The notes beneath the pieces are model-generated. The model ran no database searches. It was not told where the DNA came from and worked only from the letters and a program-made list of their open reading frames with translations. A DNA stretch of 58,929 bases, filler included, from an uncultured bacterium (lineage in GTDB: Bacteria > DAOPZR01): NCBI GenBank assembly GCA_964637655.1. It is 4 parts of 4 records of this genome, joined end to end, with 100 filler letters (N's around TTAATTAATTAA, not from the genome) between each part and the next. Parts side by side here need not be neighbours in the genome. Positions count along the whole stretch, not along the records: positions 29,743 to 44,286 come from CAZWUZ010000066.1; positions 44,387 to 58,929 come from CAZWUZ010000067.1; 2 more parts are not named here. The stretch is one strand, 5' to 3'. Shown in pieces: positions 42,690 through 51,844 of this stretch (position 1 is its first letter; every line of letters starts with the position of its first letter). The translations under genes were made by a program, and so were the position numbers.

Positions 42690-44286
42690 ATGGCCAAGTA
42701 TGAGATGGGGCTGCAGGATTACCTGCGCGTCGTCCGCAAGCGGCTCTGGGTAATCGTGCTGACCACGCTCGCTGTCTATGGTTGCGCGCTGGTCTACACC
42801 CAGCTGCAGCCGAAAATCTATGAAACGCGCGCCACGGTCGAACTGGTGAGCCGCACGACCATCGGCGGGCTGTTCGAGGAGGCGCTGCTGCGCCAGGGCG
42901 ACCAGATCGCCACGGCGACCAAGGTCATCAAGAGCACGCGGGTCATCGGCAAGGCCGTCGACATGCTGCAGGCGAAGAACGTGCTGCCGGTGCGGCAGGG
43001 TGACGAGCGGCAGGCGCAGATCCGCCAGGTACAGGGGATCATCGGGGCGGCGCAGGTCGACCGCGCCAACGTGCTCGCCATCTCGGCGCGGCATGAGGAC
43101 CCCGAGAAAGCGCGCGCCATCGCGGATGCGGTCGCGCAGGTCTACGCGTACGAGGATCAGTCGGCTGACCGCGAACAGAACCGCGCGATGCGCCTGCACC
43201 TCGATGACCAGGTGCGGCAGGTCAAGACGGCGCTCGAGCAGGCGGAACGCGACCTCGAATCGTTCCGGCAGGCGCACAACCTTGCCGACCTGACCCCGCA
43301 GGAGCGGATGACGGTCGACAAGCTGGCGGAACTCGAAGCGGGGTACCGGGCGGCGGCGGCGGCGCGGCAGGAAACGGAACTGCAGTTGCGGCAGCTGCAG
43401 GCGGCGTTCGACCCGGCGGCGCTCGACCAGGCGGACATCCAGCCGCTGCTGGATGACGCGACCGTGCGCGGCGCCTATGAGCAGGTGGTGACGCTGCGCA
43501 CGCGCCTGACGGCGCTGCTCGAGGACTATACCCCGCGGCATCCCGCGGTGCTCGAAACCGAGCAACAGCTGGTCGAGCAGAAAAGGAAACTGGCGGCGGT
43601 GTTGCGCCCCGCGCTGGCGGCGCGGGTCGAAGCGCTGCAGCGGTCGGCCCGGCGCCAGCAGGAGCAGGAGGCGGCGCTCGGCGCGCGCCTGGCGCGCGCG
43701 CAGGGCAGGGTTGCGGACGAAGGGCCGGAACTGCGCCTGCAACTGGCCCAGCTGCAGCGGGCGGTTGATGTCAATGGCAAACTCTTCACGTCGTTCACCG
43801 AGCGGCTCGAGGAGATGAAGATCGCGGAGGCGTCGCGTATCGGCGGTGTGCTGCTGCTCGACCCGGCGCCCCCGGCTTCACTGATCTACCCGCGGGCGGG
43901 GAGCAACGCCATGGCGGGCGTCATTATCGGGCTGGTGCTCGGGCTGGCGTTCGCGTTTGTCATCGAGAGCATGGACACGTCCATCGGCACCATCGAGGAC
44001 GTGGAGGCCTATATCAGCAAGCCGGTCGTCGGGGTGGTGCCGCTGATCCACATCGACGAGGAGAAGCTGAAGCGGTTCCAGAAAAAGGTCGTGTCGGACA
44101 AGGAGGAATTCAACGAGCGGCAGTCGAAACTGGTGGCCATCAGCGACCCGAAGTCGCCGGTGACCGAGGCGTACCGCACGCTGCGCACCAACCTGCAGTT
44201 CTCCTTCCTGCAGAAGCAGGGGGGGAAGGTGCTGCTGGTGACGAGCGCCACCCCGCAGGAAGGAAAGACCACCACCATCACCAACC
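42690..44286 (+). CDS. Wzc/GumC-like chain-length regulator / tyrosine autokinase, 3'-truncated
   Basis: Two TMs, YTPRHP, EAYRTLRTNL and Walker A TSATPQEGKTT. Confidence 0.9.
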
Positions 44287-44386
44287 NNNNNNNNNNNNNN
44301 NNNNNNNNNNNNNNNNNNNNNNNNNNNNNNTTAATTAATTAANNNNNNNNNNNNNNNNNNNNNNNNNNNNNNNNNNNNNNNNNNNN
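44287..44386. other. Artificial contig linker
   Basis: N-TTAATTAATTAA-N. Confidence 0.98.
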
Positions 44387-44947
44387 CTTAGTGAATGTTC
44401 CTAAATGCTTTTCTGTTTTTGAATCCCAGAACAACTGAAATATCACATAAGCAGATTCTGGTTTTCCAAAACAGGCAGATGCCGTTCTGTGAAGCAGTTG
44501 GTACGGCAAATCCAGATATCCCTCGGCGCAAACACTCGAATATGGTTTTATGATGCTTATCCAATGCTCAAGAACACCCCGCCTGTTTTCACTATCACTT
44601 GTTTTCAGCCATTCTCCGATCGCTTCATATTTACTCTTGGCATATTCTGTGTATTTCGCTTCGATGGCGATTTTGCTTTTCCCCGTGATAATCATGACAT
44701 CCGACATTGATGATTTATTCTTTGGGGTCGATTTTGTTGGATATTCGAAGTACACATCGGCGTTTCCAGACCCTATGCCCAGTTCTTTGTCTATTATGCC
44801 CAATACCTTTCCTGTATTCTTCCAGTATTGCGCCAAAGGTACTGAAGAGGTTCGGATTGAATTGATTTTAGTTCCCGAGTAATAATCCAGTATCGATTCA
44901 TAGTCAGAACATTTTGGATTTCCCCAAAACACATTATTCAGTTTCAT
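44387..44947 (-). CDS. PD-(D/E)XK-fold nuclease-like protein (DUF6946-like), 3'-truncated
   Basis: FEY...SDVMI...IEAKYTE...YQLLHRTASA; low GC. Confidence 0.65.
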
Positions 44948-45025
44948 ATCTCCCCCTTTGGCGCATAACATAAACAGTGTAACATAAACAGTATCCGCGC
45001 TCAATATCATGCGTCATCAATGCTG

Positions 45026-45310
45026 TCATAAGTCGTGCATGGCTCTCAGCCGGCTGACCCGCCCGTTGCCTGCCGGCACCTGCGACAACAGTGTCTGCCA
45101 TAAAAGCGTGTTCACTCCGCCGGCTAACGCCCTGATGCATTTCGCCCAACCGGCAACCGGATCCGTGAAATGCGGATTGCGGTCATCGTACAGCAGGAGC
45201 CAACAGCATTCTCATCGAGTTCGTATGTTTCCGCGATAGTGTAAACCATTTGATATCCCGACCACAGCGAACACGTTTACGGTGAGAGCGGTGGCTGACC
45301 GGGGATGTTC
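45026..45310 (-). pseudogene. Decayed copy of the 3' third of gene 46435-47310
   Basis: Aligns with 46435-46720. Has an in-frame TAA (45277-45279) and a 1-nt deletion. Confidence 0.85.
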
Positions 45311-45366
45311 GATTAGCGCTCCGGGCGCAGCCGTTGGGCGGTGCCCAGCAGCGCGAAGTCGGCTTT

Positions 45367-46320
45367 TTACTCGAGGTTTTCATAGATCGTATTGATTACA
45401 TCGCCGACAATATTCTTAACCTTCTCTAATTCGATATATGCATAGACATCGTCATGGTTATGGGTAATTGTTTGGTATTTCCCGGCCAGTATTTTAAATA
45501 TTTTCTCCGAAGATCCTTCTGAACAAGGTTGAAATATTGCTTTGGGAATGGAAATGTTTGCTGTCTGAATCTGCCGCAACCCTCGTTGAGAGATCCATAT
45601 CGCAAAGCGTTCTGAAGCGCCGATAATATGGATAGCGATGCGTTTTTTTCCTCCTTTAATCTTCGCAATGGTTGACAAGGTTTCGACGCTTTCCAGAATG
45701 TTTTTCACTGACAATTTATCTTCTTTAAATGACTCGATTTGAGTATTCAGCCTTTCAACCGATGAGGACTTTATTTGATCCGGTTCTGAATCGTGGGTAG
45801 TAATGGTATACAGCACGTCATCGCCCAGGCAGAACTTGTTTATGGTGACAATCTTTATCTCTATTGTTTTCGTTTCTAAAAAGGTGACGAGCCGGTGCAA
45901 TTGGTGATGAACTTTGTCGCATACAATGATCAGAAGAGGTTCTTCGTCCTCGCATTCGCGGACGTCATTTGGCGAAACCTCGGGCGATAAAAACACCCAT
46001 CCCTTGGATTGCTTTATCTGTGAAAGATATACGGTATAGTCGAGAAGTTGTGCAATGATTTTTCTTCGGATTCCTTCATTGCTGATGATTTTACATTCGA
46101 CGAGTATGATTCTTCCTTCAGAATCAAGCAGCACGAAATCTGGCCTACCGGAATCCGTTTGGATTTCCCTTTTGTAGGCGACAATTTTGTTACCGAGTAA
46201 TCTCTTTTCGCTTCTAATCAGGTGTTCCAGGAGTACCTGGAGTGATTTCTCATCATCGTAAGCGGACGAGACTATGCGTGTCACTTCTGAATTATTAAAC
46301 CGGTAAAGATTCGTTTCCAT
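45367..46320 (-). CDS. NucS/RecB-like PD-(D/E)XK endonuclease
   Basis: EKSLQ...REIQTDSGRPDFVLLD...LVECK...AQLLDY; low GC. Confidence 0.75.
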   Translation of the reverse strand: METNLYRFNNSEVTRIVSSAYDDEKSLQVLLEHLIRSEKRLLGNKIVAYKREIQTDSGRPDFVLLDSEGRIILVECKIISNEGIRRKIIAQLLDYTVYLSQIKQSKGWVFLSPEVSPNDVRECEDEEPLLIIVCDKVHHQLHRLVTFLETKTIEIKIVTINKFCLGDDVLYTITTHDSEPDQIKSSSVERLNTQIESFKEDKLSVKNILESVETLSTIAKIKGGKKRIAIHIIGASERFAIWISQRGLRQIQTANISIPKAIFQPCSEGSSEKIFKILAGKYQTITHNHDDVYAYIELEKVKNIVGDVINTIYENLE

Positions 46321-46434
46321 TTGCTGCTCCCCTTTCGAAGTATACCATTTGACCTTCCAGAAGTTTTGGACATCTCACGCCAACGTGCCGGCGGTTGCAT
46401 CTCCTGACGCCAGTTCGAAGTGTCAGCAAGGCCG

Positions 46435-47310
46435 TCATAAACCGTGCTTCGCTCGCAGCCGGCTGATTCGCTGGTTGCCTGCCGGCACCTGCGACAATAG
46501 CGTCTGCCACGACAGCGTGTTTAATCCAGCGGCCAACACCTTGATACGTTCCGCCCAGCCGACAGCCGGATCCGCAAAATACGGATTGCGTTCATCGTAC
46601 AACAGAAGCCAAGCGGCACTTTGGTCGAGCGCGTATGTTTCCGCACAATTGTGGAACAGTTGATAACCCGACCACAGTGGACACGTTTGCAGGGAGAGCG
46701 GTGGCTGACCGGGGATGTTCATGACCCGCACTGCCGTTTCCCAGTAGCGGGCGCCGGTTGCACGATTCCTGCCCGGGGTTGCCATTGGACAGCCGAAATA
46801 CTGATCTGGACGAGCCCACCAGGTCCCATCGCAGCAGCCATCCGCGGGATACTTGCATGGGCTGAACCCCCGTTCAGTGAATTTTGCCTCAATAGTCAGG
46901 ATAACACGCCCATCCGGAGAGCGAATGATTCCGTCGAATTTTGTCCGGCCGTCAGTCACTTCTTCGAAAGCAATCGTGCAGTCGGAAACCACACGTTCCG
47001 GACAGAGAAGGTCAAGTCGCCCGCACTCCATAAGCACGCCCAGCACTTCAACAAAGAGTGCTTGCGATGACCTTGGGCTGTAGCAATGGTCCTGCCATGC
47101 ATCTGCAGGCATCCGGTCAGCTATCGGGCCAATACGTTCACGCATAAGCACAGCGCGTTCCGCGGGCGTCAATGCGCGCGAACGCGGGTGCCCGTTCGGG
47201 GCAACATCCGGATGTCCGCACTCCTGCCACAACCGGTACAACGTCTGCATATACCGCGCGTATGGCTCTTCTACTGTCTGGTCGATTTCTTTCGGAGTCA
47301 TCAGTTGCAT
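46435..47310 (-). CDS. PD-(D/E)XK-fold nuclease-like protein, Cys-rich (PGN_0703-like, tentative)
   Basis: SSQALF, TKFDG, IEAKFTE, RYWE, TCP and YQLFHN. Confidence 0.7.
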   Translation of the reverse strand: MQLMTPKEIDQTVEEPYARYMQTLYRLWQECGHPDVAPNGHPRSRALTPAERAVLMRERIGPIADRMPADAWQDHCYSPRSSQALFVEVLGVLMECGRLDLLCPERVVSDCTIAFEEVTDGRTKFDGIIRSPDGRVILTIEAKFTERGFSPCKYPADGCCDGTWWARPDQYFGCPMATPGRNRATGARYWETAVRVMNIPGQPPLSLQTCPLWSGYQLFHNCAETYALDQSAAWLLLYDERNPYFADPAVGWAERIKVLAAGLNTLSWQTLLSQVPAGNQRISRLRAKHGL

Positions 47311-47355
47311 CTGAACACCTCTCCGCTTGTATCAAAGATAGCACAATGCAGAATG

Positions 47356-47381
47356 AAGTCCAGCGTGCTGGAAATATCCCG
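47356..47381 (-). repeat. 26-bp element, inverted copy of 49904-49929
   Basis: 24 of 26 positions identical; lies upstream of a nuclease gene in both cases. Confidence 0.8.
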
Positions 47382-47425
47382 CTATAACCTGCATTGCATG
47401 CCGTTGCCTTACGGGCCAATGCATT

Positions 47426-48190
47426 TCACTCGACCTGCCGCTCAACATACCATGCGTCATCACGGTTGAAGCGTGTCAGATACCCACCCTGCATGTACCA
47501 GATCGACAACTGCGCATCGCCAGGTGCCGTAATTTCCGCCAGCCATGCCTGCACCTCGTCGCGGGTGAGCGCCAGTTCGCTATTGGCAATCAGCAGGCAC
47601 TGGACAGGCGCGCCTTCATGGCGCAGTTTATTGAGATCGGCCCGGGCTGCGGCGCGCATTTTCCTGAGCAGCGCGCCCCTGCTTGCCGCCGACGGGTTAT
47701 GGCCATGCAGGTCGTACTTCTTGCAGAGTTGCGCAAAATGAAAGTGCTTCACTTCTGCCATCGCCAGGTAGCGGGCGGCGCTCTCCGTGCGGCTGATATA
47801 GAAGCGCACCCGGGCATCCTTGTTGACCGCAACGGTATAAGGATGTTTCGCCAGCCAGGCGGGGTCGAGCAGCGCAAAATCTACGCTCCCGCTGGTCCAC
47901 CCGCGGTCTTCCCCGGTCTTCCGCCTGCCATACAAATGCAGCGCTCGCACAAATCCGTCGTCCCGCCGATAATGATTGATGGTTGCGTACTCGTTCAGCA
48001 GCGTGGGAAACGGAACGCCACCGAGCGTCGGTACCACGTCCGGCAAGTCCGTCGCCGCCACCCGCAGAAGTTGTGCGAACCGGTTATGCAGGTGGCGTTC
48101 TTCCAGCCATATTGTCGGCTGCCGGCAGAATTCCTCTGCCAGCGCCAGGCATGCACTCCGCATAATAGCTGAGCATCCCGGTGAGTTCAT
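47426..48190 (-). CDS. PD-(D/E)XK-fold nuclease-like protein
   Basis: ERHLH, EYAT, VDFALL, AEVK and DLNKL; similar layout to 52742-53350. Confidence 0.6.
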   Translation of the reverse strand: MNSPGCSAIMRSACLALAEEFCRQPTIWLEERHLHNRFAQLLRVAATDLPDVVPTLGGVPFPTLLNEYATINHYRRDDGFVRALHLYGRRKTGEDRGWTSGSVDFALLDPAWLAKHPYTVAVNKDARVRFYISRTESAARYLAMAEVKHFHFAQLCKKYDLHGHNPSAASRGALLRKMRAAARADLNKLRHEGAPVQCLLIANSELALTRDEVQAWLAEITAPGDAQLSIWYMQGGYLTRFNRDDAWYVERQVE

Positions 48191-48327
48191 GACAAGTATC
48201 TCCTCTGGTCAGTATTCCCGCGTTCCGAAACAAGCAGCATCTTCACCATCGACCATATAAAGGCCGCCAGGAAAACAACCTCGTACACCAGGCGCAGGAT
48301 TGTCCGCCGCATCGGGCTATATTCCAT
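48187..48327 (-). CDS. Small single-TM peptide (46 aa)
   Basis: MEYSPMRRTILRLVYEVVFLAAFIWSMVKMLLVSERGNTDQRRYLS. Fills the gap between the MBL and nuclease genes, with an ATGA overlap. Confidence 0.45.
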   Translation of the reverse strand: MEYSPMRRTILRLVYEVVFLAAFIWSMVKMLLVSERGNTDQRRYLS

Positions 48328-48330
48328 TCC

Positions 48331-49689
48331 CTATGCCGCTTCATGCCCGTCATCATTTTTCGCTTCCTGTTCTCCACTCGCCTGCCACACTTCCCCGTTG
48401 CGCAGGTGCCGGACCGGGCGCCCGAAAACTTCCATCTGCGTTGCCGCGGTCGTGTGGATGGGAATCACCTGCTTCGGCTGCATGGTCAGCACCAGGGTGC
48501 GCAGCGTCGCGCTGTCCGCATGGCCGCTGGTGTGACAGTGCCGCACCGTCGTCCCCTGCTGCTGCAGGTACTCGACGAACTTCCGTGACTGTTCCTCCTT
48601 GAGATAGCCGTCCCAGAGCGAGTAGATCAGCGTGCTCTGGCGCAGCCACTCCGGGTCATTCTCGCGCAGCAGCGCCGCGAGGTCTTTGCGCATCGAGGTA
48701 TGCACCGTCATCAGCACGTTCTTACGCTTTGCCAGGGCTGCGCGCTTCAACTGCACCCGCCGATACTTGAAAACCGTCGCGTCGAGCCCCAGTTCCTCCA
48801 CCTTGCGCCTGGTGATTGCCGCGGGGTAATAGACCAGGAGATTGAGGAAGGTGCCGCAGAGCGGGTCGGGCACACTCTTATGATGCTGATGCACCAGCGA
48901 GAGTTTCAGCGCGGTGTGCAGGTCAACCACCATGATGCGCCCCGACTGCTTCGCCGCGCTATACAGACTGCAGAGCCGGTCGATATTCTCCGATGAAACC
49001 GACACCAGCACCGGCCCCTCCGTCTCCCTGCAGATGCCCGCCAGTTCCTTGCGCAGTTTCAGTTCGTGCAGGCAATCGCTGCCGCGCCCGAGATTCGTCC
49101 CCTCGGTGATGAGGGCGTCCGGGCGGCGGCGCACCGTGCGCAGGAAGCGCTCGAAGAGGTTTCCCTTGGTCCCGTGCCTACGGAAGTCACCGGTGTAGAT
49201 AACGCGTTCACCGTTTGCCTCGATTTCGAAGGCATAGGCCTCGCACGCGGAGTGGTCCATGGCGTATGGCGTGATGGTGATATCGCCGATGAGCAGCGGC
49301 TGCTGGTCGCGCAGCAGGTTATAGGACGCGATGGTCAGGTTGCCGCGCGCCTCAATTAGTTCTTTCGTCAATGCTCCCGCGCAAACCGTGATGCCCGGGT
49401 CGGCATACTGCAGGAAACCGAAATGGTCGCCATGCGGATGCGAGATGAATACCGCATCGACCCGCTGTTGCTCTCCGCTGCCGGTATACAGCCCCGGCAC
49501 ATCCGGCAGCACTCCCTCCTGCACCAGTTGCTGCGCGCTCTTCCCTTTCAGGATGCGCGCATCGAACTTGCTGCCGTCCGCGGCGAGCAGCGGCATCCCC
49601 ATATCGAAGATGAGTCGCGTGCTCTCTGTGCTCACCTCCACGCAATTACCGCCGATTTCATTCGTCCCGCGATGGATACAAACCTTCAT
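48331..49689 (-). CDS. RNase J-like metallo-beta-lactamase / beta-CASP hydrolase
   Basis: EIGGNC, HPHGDH, DHSA, YTGDFR, EGT, HTSGHA and PIH; strong SD. Confidence 0.88.
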   Translation of the reverse strand: MKVCIHRGTNEIGGNCVEVSTESTRLIFDMGMPLLAADGSKFDARILKGKSAQQLVQEGVLPDVPGLYTGSGEQQRVDAVFISHPHGDHFGFLQYADPGITVCAGALTKELIEARGNLTIASYNLLRDQQPLLIGDITITPYAMDHSACEAYAFEIEANGERVIYTGDFRRHGTKGNLFERFLRTVRRRPDALITEGTNLGRGSDCLHELKLRKELAGICRETEGPVLVSVSSENIDRLCSLYSAAKQSGRIMVVDLHTALKLSLVHQHHKSVPDPLCGTFLNLLVYYPAAITRRKVEELGLDATVFKYRRVQLKRAALAKRKNVLMTVHTSMRKDLAALLRENDPEWLRQSTLIYSLWDGYLKEEQSRKFVEYLQQQGTTVRHCHTSGHADSATLRTLVLTMQPKQVIPIHTTAATQMEVFGRPVRHLRNGEVWQASGEQEAKNDDGHEAA

Positions 49690-49719
49690 GTTCTCCTCCT
49701 TTTCCTTCCTCTTTCCTGT

Positions 49720-49749
49720 ATATACTCCCGGCCTCGCCACCGCGTTGCA
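49720..49749 (-). promoter_or_regulatory. TGCAACG-N17-GTATAT motif (ECF-like promoter), copy 1
   Basis: Lies about 30 nt upstream of the MBL start codon. Confidence 0.65.
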
Positions 49750-49903
49750 ATATTCTGCAAAATGCCGTATATCGGTATAATTCTTCTGATGTCGCTTTTT
49801 GTAGCGATGTACGCCGTACCGCCTTCCCGGCCAAACCAGTGCCGCTTATGCGGTCCGGATTCCATACGACCGACCGACCAATCATGCTTTTCGCGCGCAA
49901 TAT

Positions 49904-49929
49904 CGGGATTTTTCCGGCACGCTGGACTT
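49904..49929 (+). repeat. 26-bp element, inverted copy of 47356-47381
   Basis: CGGGATTTTTCCGGCACGCTGGACTT followed by TATACT. Confidence 0.8.
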
Positions 49930-49994
49930 ATGGCAGTTGTGCGGTATACTCATCTCAGATACAGTCAGTACACTTCACCGCAAGGAGGATCACC

Positions 49995-50681
49995 ATGAGA
50001 TTCCCACAGCAATCCGACAGCCGCGGCAGTTTGCGCAACATCCAGTTGCTCATCAACCATCATCCCAAGCTCATCAATGAGGAAATCCGTAAACAGGTTC
50101 AGGATTGCATCACCATCGAGTGGGTGTCCCCGCTGTCCGCCGACGATCATGCCGAGTATCGTGACGCGGAGTTTATGCAGGTGCTTGGCCTCGGCAAAAA
50201 GGGCGCGGAAATGCCATTCCCCCTGCATGAGTTCTGGCCTAAACTCGGCCCGCAATGGGATGCCCTGGGCAGAACGAAACCGCGTCAGGGAATCTTCCTC
50301 GTCGAAGCGAAGGCGCATCTCGCCGAACTTGTCTCTTCCCCCTGCCGGGCCTGCGGCATGTCAAAAGAGTTGATCATGGACTCGTTCGCCACAGTCAAAG
50401 ATTATCTCAGCGTCGGGGATGAGGCGGACTGGGCCGGGCGATTCTATCAGTATACCAACCGCCTGGCGCATCTCTATTACCTGCGCGTGCTGAACCACAT
50501 CGACGCCCGTCTTATTTTCGTCTACTTCACCAATGACCGGTCGGTAGCAGAACCGACGACGCGGGAACAGTGGGAGGGCGCCATCCGCGTGATGGAGGAA
50601 TGTCTCGGCATCCCCCGCCAGCACCCGCTCCGCGCATACATCAGCGATATTTTCATTGACGTTGCGGCACTGCAGCAATGA
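49995..50681 (+). CDS. PD-(D/E)XK-fold nuclease-like protein
   Basis: FWPKLGPQWDALG, LVEAKAH and YQYTNRL; AGGAGG SD. Confidence 0.7.
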   Translation: MRFPQQSDSRGSLRNIQLLINHHPKLINEEIRKQVQDCITIEWVSPLSADDHAEYRDAEFMQVLGLGKKGAEMPFPLHEFWPKLGPQWDALGRTKPRQGIFLVEAKAHLAELVSSPCRACGMSKELIMDSFATVKDYLSVGDEADWAGRFYQYTNRLAHLYYLRVLNHIDARLIFVYFTNDRSVAEPTTREQWEGAIRVMEECLGIPRQHPLRAYISDIFIDVAALQQ

Positions 50682-50813
50682 ATCGCCGACGCGGCAACCG
50701 GCCGGGCTTGCTTAACCGGTTCAACACCATCCGGGCACAGTCGGAAAGTATATGTACAGCTGCAGGGCCCGGGATTACAATCGCAACTGCTGACAAATCC
50801 GGGAGGAAAGCAC

Positions 50814-50921
50814 ATGTATCAAGCACATAATCGTGCACCTGTTGAACGTGCCCTGGTCGAGGCAATCACGCTCGTCTGCAGGAATCCGGCGTCTTCTGGT
50901 AAAGGAAAGACGACACGCTAA
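50814..50921 (+). CDS. Possible 35-aa small ORF
   Basis: GGAGG SD followed by MYQAHNRAPVERALVEAITLVCRNPASSGKGKTTR. Confidence 0.3.
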   Translation: MYQAHNRAPVERALVEAITLVCRNPASSGKGKTTR

Positions 50922-50937
50922 CAGGTGAGGGGATAGT

Positions 50938-51642
50938 ATGGGATCCTTCGGCAACGTGCTGTATGGCAGCGAGTATCATCTGCTGCGCTGGATGGGACGG
51001 CACCGGGACGAACTGAATCGGCGCCTGCTGGCCCTGTTATCCGGCAGTCACACCACCATCGAATGGCAGGACTTCCATTTTCGCGATTCCACGCTCTCAC
51101 CCGACCGTGAAATCGAGGGTATAGAGTTTCTGCAGTCACACCCGGCATATGACCAGTTGCACACAGCGTGGCAGAATGAGTGGCCGCAAACCGGGAGTGC
51201 GCAATGCTGGGACGCCATCGGACAGGCAACTGGCGGCGACGGCGTGTGCTGGCTGCTGGTCGAGGCCAAGGCCGAGTTGACCGAGTTCGTTTCCAACTGC
51301 GGGGCAACAGGTGACAGTAAACAGCGCATTAGCCGCAACCTGGCTGCTTTCCGGGAACGCCACGCGATTACGGGCACCAGTGATTGGCTCAAACGACATT
51401 ATCAATACGCCAACCGGTTATGGTTTGTCGACTTTCTTGAGCGTCATCAGATACGGGCGGTACTGGTTGAGGTATTGTTTACCGGCGATATCCCTGTGCC
51501 GGGACGCCGGATTCCAGCAGGTGCGGCGGAATGGCGCGAAGCAATTGCCGGAATGCACGATTTCCTTGGTGTTGCCAATCACGCCTGGACACAGCATCAC
51601 GTCTGCCGCCTGCTTCTTCCCGTGACTGGCGGCAATGCGTAA
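50938..51642 (+). CDS. PD-(D/E)XK-fold nuclease-like protein, paralogue of 49995-50681
   Basis: WPQTGSAQCWDAIG, LVEAKAE and YQYANRL. Confidence 0.7.
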   Translation: MGSFGNVLYGSEYHLLRWMGRHRDELNRRLLALLSGSHTTIEWQDFHFRDSTLSPDREIEGIEFLQSHPAYDQLHTAWQNEWPQTGSAQCWDAIGQATGGDGVCWLLVEAKAELTEFVSNCGATGDSKQRISRNLAAFRERHAITGTSDWLKRHYQYANRLWFVDFLERHQIRAVLVEVLFTGDIPVPGRRIPAGAAEWREAIAGMHDFLGVANHAWTQHHVCRLLLPVTGGNA

Positions 51643-51695
51643 GATCTTCTCTGCCACCGGCGCAACTTAGTGCCAGTGCCGAATCCGGCTACGGT

Positions 51696-51768
51696 CAGCG
51701 TGTCGGCCTCGTACAAGAGGAGTACCCGACCGCCACCGCACTTGGCAAGCCGCGGCGCCAGCATCGGG
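51696..51768 (+). pseudogene. Internal fragment copy of gene 52742-53350
   Basis: 64 of 73 nt identical to 52889-52961; encodes QRVGLVQEEYPTATALGKPRRQH. Confidence 0.85.
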
Positions 51769-51844
51769 TGATTAGTGCTACAGCGTATGTTCACGGGGAG
51801 AAGCAAGTGTCTGTCGCGATAATCTGATGCGGAAGGGGGTCCTC

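Noticed and set aside
45311-46430. Integron cassette-like ends (GTTGGCG ... GCCCAAC on the minus strand) around the NucS-like gene
   Set aside because: The core sites are imperfect, I could not build an attC hairpin, island genes are in mixed orientation, and there is no integrase.
45026-46720. Possible DGR template/variable repeat pair
   Set aside because: Mismatches involve all four bases and are largely third-position rather than adenine-specific, and there is no reverse transcriptase in the window. The same applies to the other two remnant pairs.
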